From Octopus vulgaris (lineage: Eukaryota): a DNA stretch of 64,000 bases. Position numbers and translations under genes: made by a program. A model generated the notes under the pieces. That model did not search any database. It was given only the letters and a program-made list of their open reading frames with translations, and was not told the DNA's origin. This document shows, piece after piece, positions 44,105 through 56,990 of this stretch; the stretch's first letter is position 1; each line of letters starts with the position of its first letter. The DNA lies in the NCBI GenBank assembly GCA_951406725.2, contig OX597825.1, positions 83,638,001-83,702,000 of the forward strand. The letters run 5' to 3'.

Positions 44105-44690
44105 GAAAGTGGATAAATACCATTATGAATAACAGTGGTCCCATGACAGTGCCCTGTGGGACACCACACATTGTTTGTGTCTCCTAGGAAGTTGTCCCGT
44201 TGGCTACTAACCCGACTTCTATCATTTAGGAAATCAGGCAGACACTCCTCGTACATTTCCAACTATGCCGAAATTACGCAGCTTGTAATATAACATACCA
44301 TGGTCAATAGGCTTTTGTGAAGTAGAGATATGTCACGTCCACGTATGAGTTGCTGGACAGTCGTAGTACTGCAAGAGCTGTGTCAGACAGCTTCACGTGT
44401 TACATGTCAGTCAGCAAATCATTGTCTACAAGAAATGCAATTAGTTCCCTTCGGATTATTCATTTCATAGGATTGCTGATGCAAGAGGTCAAAGAAATAG
44501 ATCATAAACATTGAACGTCCGCTATGTACATGTATCAAGTTCGCCTCTCGAGCCCGTCTCGTTTTGGCAGGTTTTGGCCTCATTCCCGGTAATTTTCTTG
44601 CGGATCCCTCCAGAGTGGAAACAGCCCTATCGATAATGGCTAAAACCCTCCAGCCAATAACTGATGTGGCGTTGCTAACCTTCTGTGTTT
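44105..44690 (-). mobile_element. Decayed LINE reverse transcriptase fragment (CR1/jockey group)
   Basis: Minus-strand VDVTYLYFTKAY (compare DVIYLDFAKAFD) and CGVPQGTVMGPLLF; interrupted by the SINE at 44100. Confidence 0.75.
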
Positions 44691-44999
44691 GCTGTTCACC
44701 TGTGTATTTAGTATATTATGCTCATTTGTTTATTTACTACAGGTTTTTTTATATTACAGATATATATATATATATCGGTATGTCATATTTTACGGATGTT
44801 TTATTATTTAATCATATACATGCATATGTGTATATATGTGTGTATGTATATATATATATATATAAATACATGTGTGTGTATATGTATATGTTTGTGTTTA
44901 TATATATGTGTACATATGTATATGTGTGTGTGTGAGCGTGTGTGCATGTGTGTGTGTGTGTCTTATATAATGTATGTACTTGGACGCACATACATAATG

Positions 45000-45295
45000 G
45001 ACTCTCCCGTCGAAGACAACGGCTGAGCGTTCAGCTGTTGCCAAATGAACTGCACAAATGATTTGTTTATAGTGATCACATGTTCGTGCCGCGCATTAGG
45101 TCCCTTCTGCCATCCATATCGTCGTTGTCTGAACGGGTGCGCTGTGTGCCACCCGTCACTTATCGATGTGATTGCAAAGCAGAGTGAGATGAAGAGTTTT
45201 ACTCAAGAAGACAGCGCACCACCCGGTCTAGGAACTGAAAGCACGATTTCGCAGTTGTCAGTGCAACACCCTAAACACTAGGTCATGCACCCTCA
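45000..45295 (-). mobile_element. Diverged SINE related to family C
   Basis: Decayed tRNA head at ~45230-45290 and C-type tail at ~45000-45060. Confidence 0.5.
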
Positions 45296-45301
45296 TATAT
45301 G

Positions 45302-45372
<71 letters not shown>

Positions 45373-45406
45373 TATCATATACCAGCATATATGAACATAT
45401 ACACAG

Positions 45407-45456
<50 letters not shown>

Positions 45457-45628
45457 CAAGTATATGTACATATATTTATATATATGTGTGTGTGTATTTG
45501 AGTGTTTATTTTCATCTAACTTAAGATGCTGTAAGGCAATGATGAATCAGTACTCATAACTTATAGAAGCCTTCCTACACGGCTTAGAACATTAGATACA
45601 CAAACACACACACACAAACACACACACA

Positions 45629-45667
<39 letters not shown>

Positions 45668-46114
45668 ACAAACACACACTCACTCACATTCAAGCACACA
45701 CTCGCTCACACTCGCACACACTCAGGCAAACACAGATACATATGTGTGAGTATATATATATATATATTATGGATATATGAATACATGTGTATATGGATGG
45801 TACGCGTGTGCGAAGATGGGTTTATGGAAGTATGTGTGTATATGTGTAATGTTTGAACTATGTGTGTATGTGTGTTTGTAAGCGTTGGTGAGTCAGGAAA
45901 CGCACAGGAGCAGAAATTACTATGAATAGATAAGGTTTGTTGTTTTCGTTAAAAATCTTTTGATTACTCTGATGAAACCTAACAGTTTAAGTTTGGTCTC
46001 TTTGTTGTTTTGTTTTTGTTGTTGCTGCTGGTTAGCCCCAGGGTCAATGCTAACACACACACACACATATATAGATAGATAACATATAATACATAATATA
46101 CACACGTATATATA

Positions 46115-46254
<140 letters not shown>

Positions 46255-48940
46255 AAAATAGATAGATAGATAGAGAGAGAGATAGAGAGATAGATAGATA
46301 GATAGACAAACAGAGAGAGAGACAGACATATAGATGCATAGACAGATCGATCGATAGATAGATAGAATGAACAATATATATATATACATACTTGTATATA
46401 TCTATTTAGGTAGCTAGCTATCATTCTCTTTATCTGTCTATCTACCTATCTTTCTCTGTCTTTATTATTTATGTATGTATGTGTGTGTATTATGTACTAA
46501 ATATTATATATATTATATATATTATATATATAAACGAAAGAGAGAGATATATAGAGATAGAGAGAGAGAAAGATAGATAGAGAGAGAGAGGAATTGTCTC
46601 TCTCACAATAATTCGACTTGTTTCATCTGTTGTCTTGTCTTATAACTTACAATAAAGAAGAAAGTACCAAACAACCTGACCTTCGACCTGTGACAATTCC
46701 CGTCAAATTTCAAAAATCCCTTTCTAACTTCACCATTGGAATATCAACTAAATAGATTACTAGACGTCTATATCGATAAACCCCTCGACGAGATGGTCAC
46801 GTCCAGAATATTTCTGATATAACTGAACAGATGTACAGTTGAGCAAGTCCAATCAACCCATACCATGTTAGCTGATCTGTTTGTTACAAGTAGCTTCATT
46901 GAAATTACTGTTTATACAGCCAGAGAAGTATGATTTTACACGCCATTGGTGTTGTGGCCAAATGCTTAAGTCGTTAGCTTCGCAAAGAAAAGGTTATAGG
47001 TTCGACTCCACGGCATGGCATCTTTACAAGGAGCCTTGAGTTGATTCAAATTTTACGAGGAGAAATAAAGTGATTAAATTGCGCGAAATCCTTTTAATTG
47101 GCTTATAAGGTTAATACGAAAGTCCAGATTTGGTTCGATTCTTAGCACGGGCGATGCGCTTTGCTTTTGAAGACGGTGTTTTATTTCATAATCTCCAGTC
47201 TATTCGGCTGTAATAAGTACCACCCAAGGTGCTCGTATAGCCCTTTTGCTTCCAGTTATCATATCCTGGCTGTTCCTCTAGGTCAGGATAGAAGAAGGGT
47301 GGTAAAACATCGTTTATATCCGCAGGCCACTAAATAGACACTTAAAAGAATTAGCGAAATCACGGAACCATTTACCTTTCTGTGGACTGCTAAGACTACA
47401 CACGGTTCTATTTAATGAGTCGTTTTAATTTATGGCTGTCATTTCATGCGTATGTAATAACCATGAGATGACAAATGTTAATTTGATTTTAAATTTGAAC
47501 ATCCTCTCTGATCCCAAACCGTTAGTTTTTTTTTCGCAAGTGACATTTTATTTTCTTGCTTCTCTTGACCGATAACGTCGATGTTTAAAGATCCTCAACG
47601 AACCAACCAGTGGCTCATTTGTATCAAACCCCTAACCGTTCGTGATAGGAAATGAATACATGAAATAATTGTTTACATGGATTCCTACAATGTCTGCAGA
47701 AAATGTCTGAATTTTCATAGTAGAAACTATGCTTGATCATGGCTATTTTTGATCAGAGCCTAACTTGGAACAATGTTTGAGGTAAAATTTCAAATCTACA
47801 CCTTCGAGCCTCTATGTGATCGTTTAACTGCTAGAAATATCAACCAGATCCTTCAAATTGGATCATATTGATTACATGTCTGTTCCATTCAATGTCATCT
47901 GGGAATAAGGGACAATTAAAGAGCCAACATCTTAGTTTAGCACAAGCTAAACGAATGCTGGGGTTAGGCCACATCGTTGAAATGACGGGCACAAGACGGT
48001 ATGGTCTTGGCCCGTCCCATTTCCAAGAATAGGGGCAAGTAAATACCAAGTAAAAGGGGACAAGATCTTGGACGACAGCAGTAAGATGACGTGTTGAGAA
48101 GTTTGCACCCCAGAGAGCCTAAATCAAATGGTATGTCTCCAAGATGAAGATCTTGTCGAAACCTGTGGAGATTATTAGCCTTCTACATTTCTTTTCGGCC
48201 TCGAGCGGTGTATGAGTCATTCTCATCGTCAATAAATGTATATAGGTGGAGAATAAGGGAGAACCAGTCATGTAGGTTTCTGCAGAGAGTGGCATTTTGG
48301 TGCACATCTTGTCAAGGTATAAAACAGTACTTACCCAAGAGAGATACAGGTGGCATGACAAGTTGCTCATAGCACTCGCTGAAACCCTGGGCCAAGACAA
48401 AGACAAGTAGCGTCAAACCATACGGAATATAAGACTATCGACAACATTCACGACGGATGGAGTAAAACCGTTTACCACATAATGAACAAGGAATTTACGA
48501 CAAAATTATAATCATGAACAATAGCCTGTAGTTCCTCTAGATCGACCTTAAGGCCAGATGCAATTTGCGGACCTGAGAAGTCAAGAACTTAATTGCTGAT
48601 CCAGCTTACAGCCCACATCAAGCACTTTCTGGTGTTAAAAAGCATGAACAAGATTTTAATTTATATTTTTATCTTGTATTATTCTTTAATCACTTCAATC
48701 ATTGGTGTGCGGTGAGGCTGCAATACGCAGTCAGGGGTTTTTCATAGATTCATATCGAATCCAGTATTTATTTCCGTCTAGTTCTTATTGTATCGATCTC
48801 TTTCCGTCTAATGGCTAACTTAGGCCTTTTGAGATAACATCTGGCGAGCAGAAATACTAACAAGAAAACATGCATACGGCTATTCTATATATCTATGTAG
48901 GTATATTTCTCTCTCTATTTCTCTCTCTCTCTCTCTCTCA

Positions 48941-48976
<36 letters not shown>

Positions 48977-49085
48977 TCATGTATATATATACACACATAT
49001 GTATATATATTTATATATACTTACATATATATATATATATATATGTATATACACTTTCATACATATAATATATATATGTACAAGC

Positions 49086-49125
<40 letters not shown>

Positions 49126-49150
49126 TTATATGTATATGTACATACACATT

Positions 49151-49208
<58 letters not shown>

Positions 49209-49423
49209 AATATATTTACATACATACACATATACATAAATATTTATATATGTCTCTGTGTGTGTAGAGAGTGAGAGAGAGGGAGAGAGAGGGAGAGAGA
49301 GGAAAATACATAGATCCGTACGCGCACGAATATATATATATATATATAATTAATTAATAAGGGTGAGAGAATTAGATATAATTTAATAGTATATTTATTC
49401 AACGACCACTCTCTTATATTTAT

Positions 49424-49460
<37 letters not shown>

Positions 49461-49950
49461 GCACACATATATATATGCATAAATGTATTTGCATTTGTAT
49501 ATATGTGTGCGTTTGAGAGAAAAAGAGAGCGAGACAGGTTTCTTCATAGTTTCCGGCAACATAATTCACCCTTGCTATTTATGGGTGGCGCTATAGCTAC
49601 GGTAGAACACACTGGCTCAAAATCCCCAAGAAGTACGATCGAACGGTAGTTATATGACATCAGTCATTCTATAAATATAAATAAGTGTTTATGGAAATCC
49701 CCATCACACTTAGTAACCACATTTCACTGTGGTAATACAGGAATAATTATCGATGTTGCTGTAAAACCTAATGGGAATTCAATGATGTGTGAAACGGAGG
49801 ACACGTTTCTTTTAACCTTTATTTATTTATAGCACTGGGAATTGCTGTAATTGTTGGTGCAATAAATATGGTAAAAATAGACTCAGTGTGAACGTGGGTA
49901 GATGTGTGTATATGTGTATATAGGCATACATACAGACAGACATATATATT

Positions 49951-49998
<48 letters not shown>

Positions 49999-50059
49999 AA
50001 TTTATATATATATAAATATATATATATGTATATATATATATATAAATATATATAAATAT

Positions 50060-50107
<48 letters not shown>

Positions 50108-50138
50108 TATATAATATATATATATAAATATATATATT

Positions 50139-50175
<37 letters not shown>

Positions 50176-51278
50176 TATATATGTATATATATACATATAT
50201 TCACAAACAAAGACACAACACACAAACACACACACAATTTATATTTTGCCTATTTCAGTCATTGGACAGCGCTCGTGCTCGGGTATGGCCTCGAAGAATT
50301 TTCGGTAGAATATATCGACTTCAGTTGTTTTCGCTTTTTGTACTTTTTTTAAGCGTATATCGCACGGATGTAAATTCTTTTTCGAGTATGAATTGCACTT
50401 CAAACTCGAGGCTCCGATGAAACTCAAATGTGTTGTTTGGGTACTTAACTCTGACACCACTACATTCTATCGCAGAAACAACGGTAAGCTGATGAAGAGG
50501 CTATGCAGGGGGATCGGACCTTGCCATCACATGCCCGGAATGAAATTCATGTACACACACAAACACACACACACACACACACACAAACAAACACACACAC
50601 ACACACATATACACACACATATACATATATATATTCTGGTGTTCTAATCTGAAATTTTTCGCCTTGAACTCTTCAGCGACTCTTCATCGTACGGAACAGG
50701 AGACCGGTGATGGAGTGGAGAGTCATTGCAGAGGACACAGAATATGTAACGAAAGAATTCAAGCAAGGACACTAAACTAGGAATAACATATGAATGTAGT
50801 CTGTGTATATTCATGTGTGAATTTTGATGTATATATGTATCATGATATTTATATAATGCAGCGTTAAAATTTTAATTTTAATTTTTATTTTCAATGTGTT
50901 AATTGTATTAATTGAATTATATTTCGTATATAATTATATGCGATATGTATTTTGAATCCGCCCTTCGATTTAAGGTTATTCCTCGATTGTTTATAATAGG
51001 ATAAATTTATATTGAATTCATTTATTTTGTTTATTTTTTTCATTGCATGCTTAAGACCGTTAATTGAAAGGACCAATGGAACAAATCCATTTTAAAAGGT
51101 GTATCCTTTACCTAGTTTTGATCATATCATTATTTCTGTTCTATTTTTAAAAAAACTGTCCGACGATCGGGAACGTGAAACTCTGAGTAACAGCTTGTGT
51201 TATATTTCTGCTGCTTTTAAATAGAGTAAATAAATATATGTGTGTGTGTGTGTGTGTGTGTGTAGGTAGATAGATATA

Positions 51279-51378
51279 CATATATCATAAGGGCGCACAA
51301 TGCAACTACAGCTAGAAAGAGGAGTTAAAAGCCTCATTTAAATGAAGTTTAAATGAGAGTGCGCCCTTATGATATATG
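51279..51378. mobile_element. 100-bp MITE-like element with perfect 20-bp terminal inverted repeats
   Basis: CATATATCATAAGGGCGCAC / GTGCGCCCTTATGATATATG. Confidence 0.65.
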
Positions 51379-51492
51379 ATTGATATAAATCCTAATTCTA
51401 TAGATATCTGCAACCACCTATATTATTGTTTTTGTTGTTATCAACTATTTATATTACCGCAGATGATAATAACTATATAAATATATATACAA

Positions 51493-51783
51493 GTATTAGG
51501 CTGTCCGGAAAGTTCGTGCCAATTTCTAAAGGAAAGAAAAAGGTCAATAAATACTTGCCATTTGAAACATTTTGTTGCACAATGCGTCTGCATCTTTCCT
51601 TTAACTTGAAAATACTCTCTTCCCAGAACTAAGGTGGTTTCATGGCAAATAATTCATCAAGGTACTTTTTTACGTCATCCAAGGAATTGAAATTTTTACC
51701 AATAAGACTATTCTGCAGGGACGTGAATAAATGGAAATCCGAAAGAGCAATATCTGGTGAATATGGAGGGTGGGATAACACAT
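51493..51783 (-). mobile_element. Mariner (DD34D-type) transposon 3' end with TIR
   Basis: VLSHPPYSPDIALSDFHLFTSLQNSLIGKNFNSLDDVK...FWEESIFKLKERCRRIV; TIR TATTAGGCTGTCCGGAAAGTTCGTGCC. Confidence 0.9.
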
Positions 51784-51846
51784 GTATATAGATAGATACC
51801 TACATACATAGAGATAAATAAATACATATATAATTAATATATGAAT

Positions 51847-51882
<36 letters not shown>

Positions 51883-51917
51883 TTCATGTATTTACGGATG
51901 TATCTATGTATATATGC

Positions 51918-51963
<46 letters not shown>

Positions 51964-52022
51964 CGAATTTTTTAGACTTTGTAGCTTAGTTGTAAAGCAC
52001 GGACACTTTCACAGTGATCGTT

Positions 52023-52411
52023 ATGGAATATACGAGAATTTATTATTAATCACGACAACTGTTTCAACACATCTTGCATCTATCCCTAACGGGTGAGACA
52101 CACAACAACTGGTTCAGGAGCATCCGGCGGTGTAGATATATATAAATAACAGTTAAAATAACAGTTCTGCAATGTAACTTCCTGTTTTGTAGAAAGAAAA
52201 GAAGCGAGAAGAGGAGGAAATATTTTCATTTACCGAGATCCCAAAAAAATCACAGATGGATAAAAAAGAAAAATGTATACGCAATAATTCGAGAACCTTA
52301 TTAAAAACAACTGCTCCTAAACCAGTTGTTGAGTGTCTCACTCGTATGGAATCGAGGCTAGATGTGTCGAAGCAATCGTCGTGAGTAATAAGAAATTATC
52401 GTATATTCCAT
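52023..52411. repeat. Diverged inverted repeat (arms 52023-52122 / 52312-52411)
   Basis: ATGGAATATACGA...CAACAACTGGTTCAGGAGCA mirrored as TGCTCCTAAACCAGTTGTTG...TCGTATATTCCAT. Confidence 0.8.
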
Positions 52412-52453
52412 TTTCCGTCTTTCATTTCGAAGATATATATATATATATCTTCG

Positions 52454-52855
52454 AGGAGTGGCTGTGTGGTAAGTAGCTTGTTTACCAACCACATGGTTCC
52501 GGGTTCAGTCCCACTGCGTGGCACCTTGGGCAAGTTTCTTTTACTATAGCCTCGGGCCGACCAAAGCCTTGTGAGTGGATTTGATAGACGGAAACTGAAA
52601 GAAGCCCGTCGTATATATGTATATCTATATATTTGCGTGTGTGTGATTGTGTGAGTGTGTTTGTCCCCCTAGCATTGCTTGACAACCGATGCTGGTGTGT
52701 TTATGTCCCCGTTACTTAGCGGTTCGGCAAAAGTGACCGATAGAATAAGTACTGGGCTTACAAAAGAATAAGTCCCGGGGTCGATTTGCTCGACTAAAGG
52801 TGGTGCTCCAGCATGGCCGCAGTCAAATGACTGAAACAAGTAAAAGAGTAAAAGA

Positions 52856-52858
<3 letters not shown>
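52454..52858 (+). mobile_element. SINE family A, little diverged
   Basis: Agrees closely with the other copies; (TAAAAGAG)2 tail. Confidence 0.9.
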
Positions 52859-52891
<33 letters not shown>

Positions 52892-53403
52892 TGGCATATC
52901 AATTTTACACAAATTGCATTACCAATATATTTTGTTTACATCTTCATCGCATGCATATTTAATTCGGTTTATTTCGTTCAATAATTTTATTACCCTCGAG
53001 GGTTCATTTTCCCTAACACCCACGAAATTTTCTAAACACTGTATTATTTTCTCATAAAAGCGTATATACACTTCATAATTAATGCCATTATCCAAATACA
53101 TAGTGTTTATACGCATTTTATAAATGTTTAACATATGCATACAGTAATCAATAAGTTTAACTACTATAATAAAAGACGTGGCCCAAGACGGTCTCATGTT
53201 GCGTTTGTATACAGCATAATTTTAAATGCATTTACAGCGATTTTCTCTGTATTTATGGTAATCAGCCCTCGTCAACCCGACAGCCGTCTTGAGTTCAACA
53301 TGCGTCTTTTTTATTCTTCTTCTGATGGACGTTTAATTGATTTGCGTTTTCAAAAGCTATTTGAAACACATTTTCTTTTAGAATTTCCACCATATTCTGT
53401 ATA

Positions 53404-53809
53404 TGACTGTGTCGTAAGTAGCTTGCTAATCAACCACATGGTTCTGGGTTCAGTCGCACAGCATGGCACCTTGGGCAAGTGTCTTCTACTATAGCCTCGG
53501 TCCGAACAGAGCCTTGTAAGTGGATTTGGTAGATGGAAACTGAAAGACGCCCATCGTGTATACGTGTGTATATATATATATATATATGTGTGCGTATATG
53601 TTTGTGTGTCTGGGTTTGTCCACCAACATCGCTTGAAAACCGATGCTGCTGTGTTTACATCCCCGTAACTTAGCGGTTCGGCCAAAGGGATCGATAGAAA
53701 AAGTACTAGGCTTACAAAGAAAAAGCCCTGAGCTTGAATTTCTCTACTAAAGGTGGTGCTCTAGCATGGCTACACTCAAATGACTGAAACAAGTAAAAGA
53801 GTAAAAGAA
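53404..53809 (+). mobile_element. SINE family A
   Basis: Matches 52454-52858. Confidence 0.9.
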
Positions 53810-53837
53810 TGTATATATATCATAGGACATGTATACA

Positions 53838-53915
<78 letters not shown>

Positions 53916-54260
53916 CGTGTGTGTACGGAACAAATCTTTCAGGAGGAAACATTTGCGAAGACATCATTCACTCAATTATTATCAGTGAATTTTAGCGATT
54001 TAAATGAGAGTTTTTACTGTTATTTCCAGCAGGTAGACATACTTATAATGTCCTTTGATTAAGTTTAATATATATAAATATATACAATTAATATTATCAG
54101 GGTAATAAAACTTTTAGACATTTTTACTACCAGTGGCCTGGCGTGTAGAAAAATTGGTCAATAGACTATATATTATTCATATAAATACAGTGTACATTTA
54201 AACACATAACACAGACAAACACACACACACACACACACACATACACACACACACACACAT

Positions 54261-54327
<67 letters not shown>

Positions 54328-55169
54328 CATATATAAGAAAAAGCGATGACAGTAAAAACAATAGTTAAGTTATGAGCTTCATTGCCTTACAGCTGTTTCT
54401 GTTATGGAATGTAGTAGGCACTCATAGTTTAATGCGTGAATAACGCCTTATAACTTCATCGGAGCCTCCAGTATGAAGGGCCATTATTTTCAAAAGCATA
54501 ATTACATTTGTGCGTGTGCTGAGGGAAAGATATTACCAAGCGAGAAAGTCAATACAAATGTACATAAAAGTATGTATGCTAACGCTAATGAGATTTAATT
54601 GTAGAAATATAAGTATATATACACACCTACGCACGTACTCAACAACACATGCTGATAGACAGGCATATACATACATACAGTTACATACACAGACACACAC
54701 ACATACACACTTTGTTACGGATATAAACTTAGCGTTAAGTGCTTAGTCCTATATTTATTCAGAAATCTCGTATATAATGATAAATAATGAGACAAATTTC
54801 TGATAAGCCCTAATCAATATCCTATTTCTTTAGCAACTGTATTTATTTAACATCGTTCTTTCTTTGCGTTCAATCATTTCTCTTTCATTAGATCGGTAAA
54901 CTTAGTGCTGTGCACAAACATTAACAGTGTTTCAAACACGAGGCAAAAGGGTAACCTGTATGTGGTTGATCAACAAGTGAAAATAACAACCAAACTCTTT
55001 TTAAATCCCAAACTACTGACTTCAGAAAGATGAGATGCTAAGCATTGGAATGCTTATAAATGTGTCTCATCTCATTGATGACTAGCTTTAGGCTAAATAT
55101 GAACGTAGACATGAATTGATTGACAAAAAAAAGGATCTTCAACGAAGTCCAATGCACTAACTACATTAA

Positions 55170-55655
55170 TGGCAGCGAGATGGCAGAATCGTTACCACGG
55201 AGGGAAACTGCTAATGGCATTTCTTCCGGGTTTACGTTAAAAATTGAAAGGAGCGTGGCATTGTGGTTAGAGGGTAGTGCTCACCTTTGTAAAGTGATGA
55301 GTTCGATTCCCGGTAGCGTATTGTTTCCTTGAGCAGACACTTTATTTTACTTTTCTCCATTCCACCCAGCTAGCGAAATTCTGTTGTAGCAACAATTCTA
55401 GGCGCCAACCTTATCACAGTCTGTGTTATGCTGAATCTCCCTCAGAACTACGCTAACAGTAAGCATGTCTGTGGAGTACTCAGCCATGTTACTTTCAAGA
55501 GGAGGCTGTTCCGTTTCATCAGATCAACTGGAACACTCGTCGTCATAACCGAAGCAGTGCCAATTTATATCCTAACTCCAAATGCATAAAATATCGATTT
55601 TGCCTTTCATCCTCCCGTGTTTGATATGATTTAGTACCAGTCCAGTATTGGGTCA
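55170..55655 (+). mobile_element. Diverged family-B SINE interrupted by a family-C-tailed SINE (55250-55562)
   Basis: B head GGCAGCGAGATGGCAGAATCGTTA at 55171; B continuation CGATTTTGCCTTTCATCC at ~55595. Confidence 0.65.
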
Positions 55656-55657
55656 AA

Positions 55658-56990
55658 TTAAAAATGCGACCAGATGCACGAAATCTTATTCCGATTCCCA
55701 TACCAAAGCAATTCAGCAAAATAAAAAGGGAAAGTGTAGGGGGCAGGAATATCCCCCTGTTTGATACAGTTGTCCACCAAACATTCATGAGATAGCTCAT
55801 CATTAAGGACTACTAGAACTTTCATGTTTCTGTGTAGATCCTTAAAGATGCACACAAAATGTGTTGGGCAACCAAGTTTACACAAAATAATCCACAGTGC
55901 CTTCCTGCTTACCATGTCAAATACCTTAGTTAAATCTATGAAGATCTGGTATAGTGGCATTTGTTCCTCTAAGCATTTCTCTTGAACCTGCCTCGCAGAA
56001 AATATCAGGTCCATTTTTCCTCGCTCAGATTTGAAACCACACTGTTCTTCAGGAATCACATGTGGCCACACATTCTCAACGAGACGATCTAACATGATCC
56101 TTGAAAGTATCTTCCAGGTATATGCCAGAATTATATATTTGGCATATCCCTCTAGAATTACCACACACTGCTTTTGGGCCCTTACCATTGTATACAGAGA
56201 TTAGAATGGCATTTATCCATTCTTGTGGCGAAGAAGATTCATACCAAACTCAAGTTATCAGGTTATGCATTTCAGATGAAATATCATCCCCACTTACTTT
56301 CAGAATTTCACCTGGAATACCATCCATTCCAGTTTCACCTGATCTCAGTTTACATAATGCTAGATTTACTTCTTCAATGGAATGTGTATCCTTCATGTGT
56401 TGCACTATTTCTGTTTGGTATCCATGTTCACTAAACACGGAATGTGGAGAAGATCTGAAAATTGTTCTCTACATTTATTCATTATTCCAGGAGGATCTTT
56501 AATAACCTCATTTTCCTCTTTTGACTTCAGGGGAACATATGAGGAAGAGCGCGGTCCAAAAGCTTGCCGCAATAAACTATAGAAACTTTTAATGTCTTTT
56601 CTGTCATAGACTGCCTGTACTTTCTCAGACAAATTTGTCCACCGAATGTCTTTAAGCTTCCTGAGTTCTTTTTGCAAGTCTGCTTCCTGAGACTTGTACA
56701 ATTTTGTTTGTTCTTAACTTTGCATTTTGTTCTTAACGTTTGGGTGAAGAAGCTTTCCATGAGTGGATCTCTTTCATTTATCTCTGTGTTATTGTAATCA
56801 AACCAGTCTTGGTGCTGTCTTCTCTTAAAACCTAACACATCTGATCTCATTTTATATATTCCATCCCAGAAAAGTTGCCATAAACCATCAGAATATAATC
56901 TTTCTTCGGCCCCCTGACAAGGTTATAGATATTTTGAGTGATTGCATCAGATCGCACCCAGCTGAACACATCTGCGATGCTGCTAATGTT
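55658..56990 (-). mobile_element. RTE-clade LINE ORF fragment (linker + RT N-terminal domains), frameshifted pseudogene
   Basis: RQHQDWFD; GMDGIPGEILK; IPEEQCGFKSERGKMDLIFSARQVQEKCLEEQMPLYQIFIDLTKVFDMVSR...LCKLGCP; CIKQGDIPAP. Confidence 0.92.

Noticed and set aside
47880-48620. Possible RTE 3' region (LGLGHIVEM); similar hint at ~6740-7070
   Set aside because: Only a single weak motif in each case; too decayed to call
50645-50685. Minus-strand CTGAAGA-GTTCAAGGC-GAAA
   Set aside because: Stem I does not pair and stem II is mostly G-U
54380-54470. Minus-strand CCGATGA...GAAACAGCTGTA motif (related pieces near 11720 and 50415)
   Set aside because: U4 is replaced by C in all copies seen and stem I does not pair; not callable as a ribozyme
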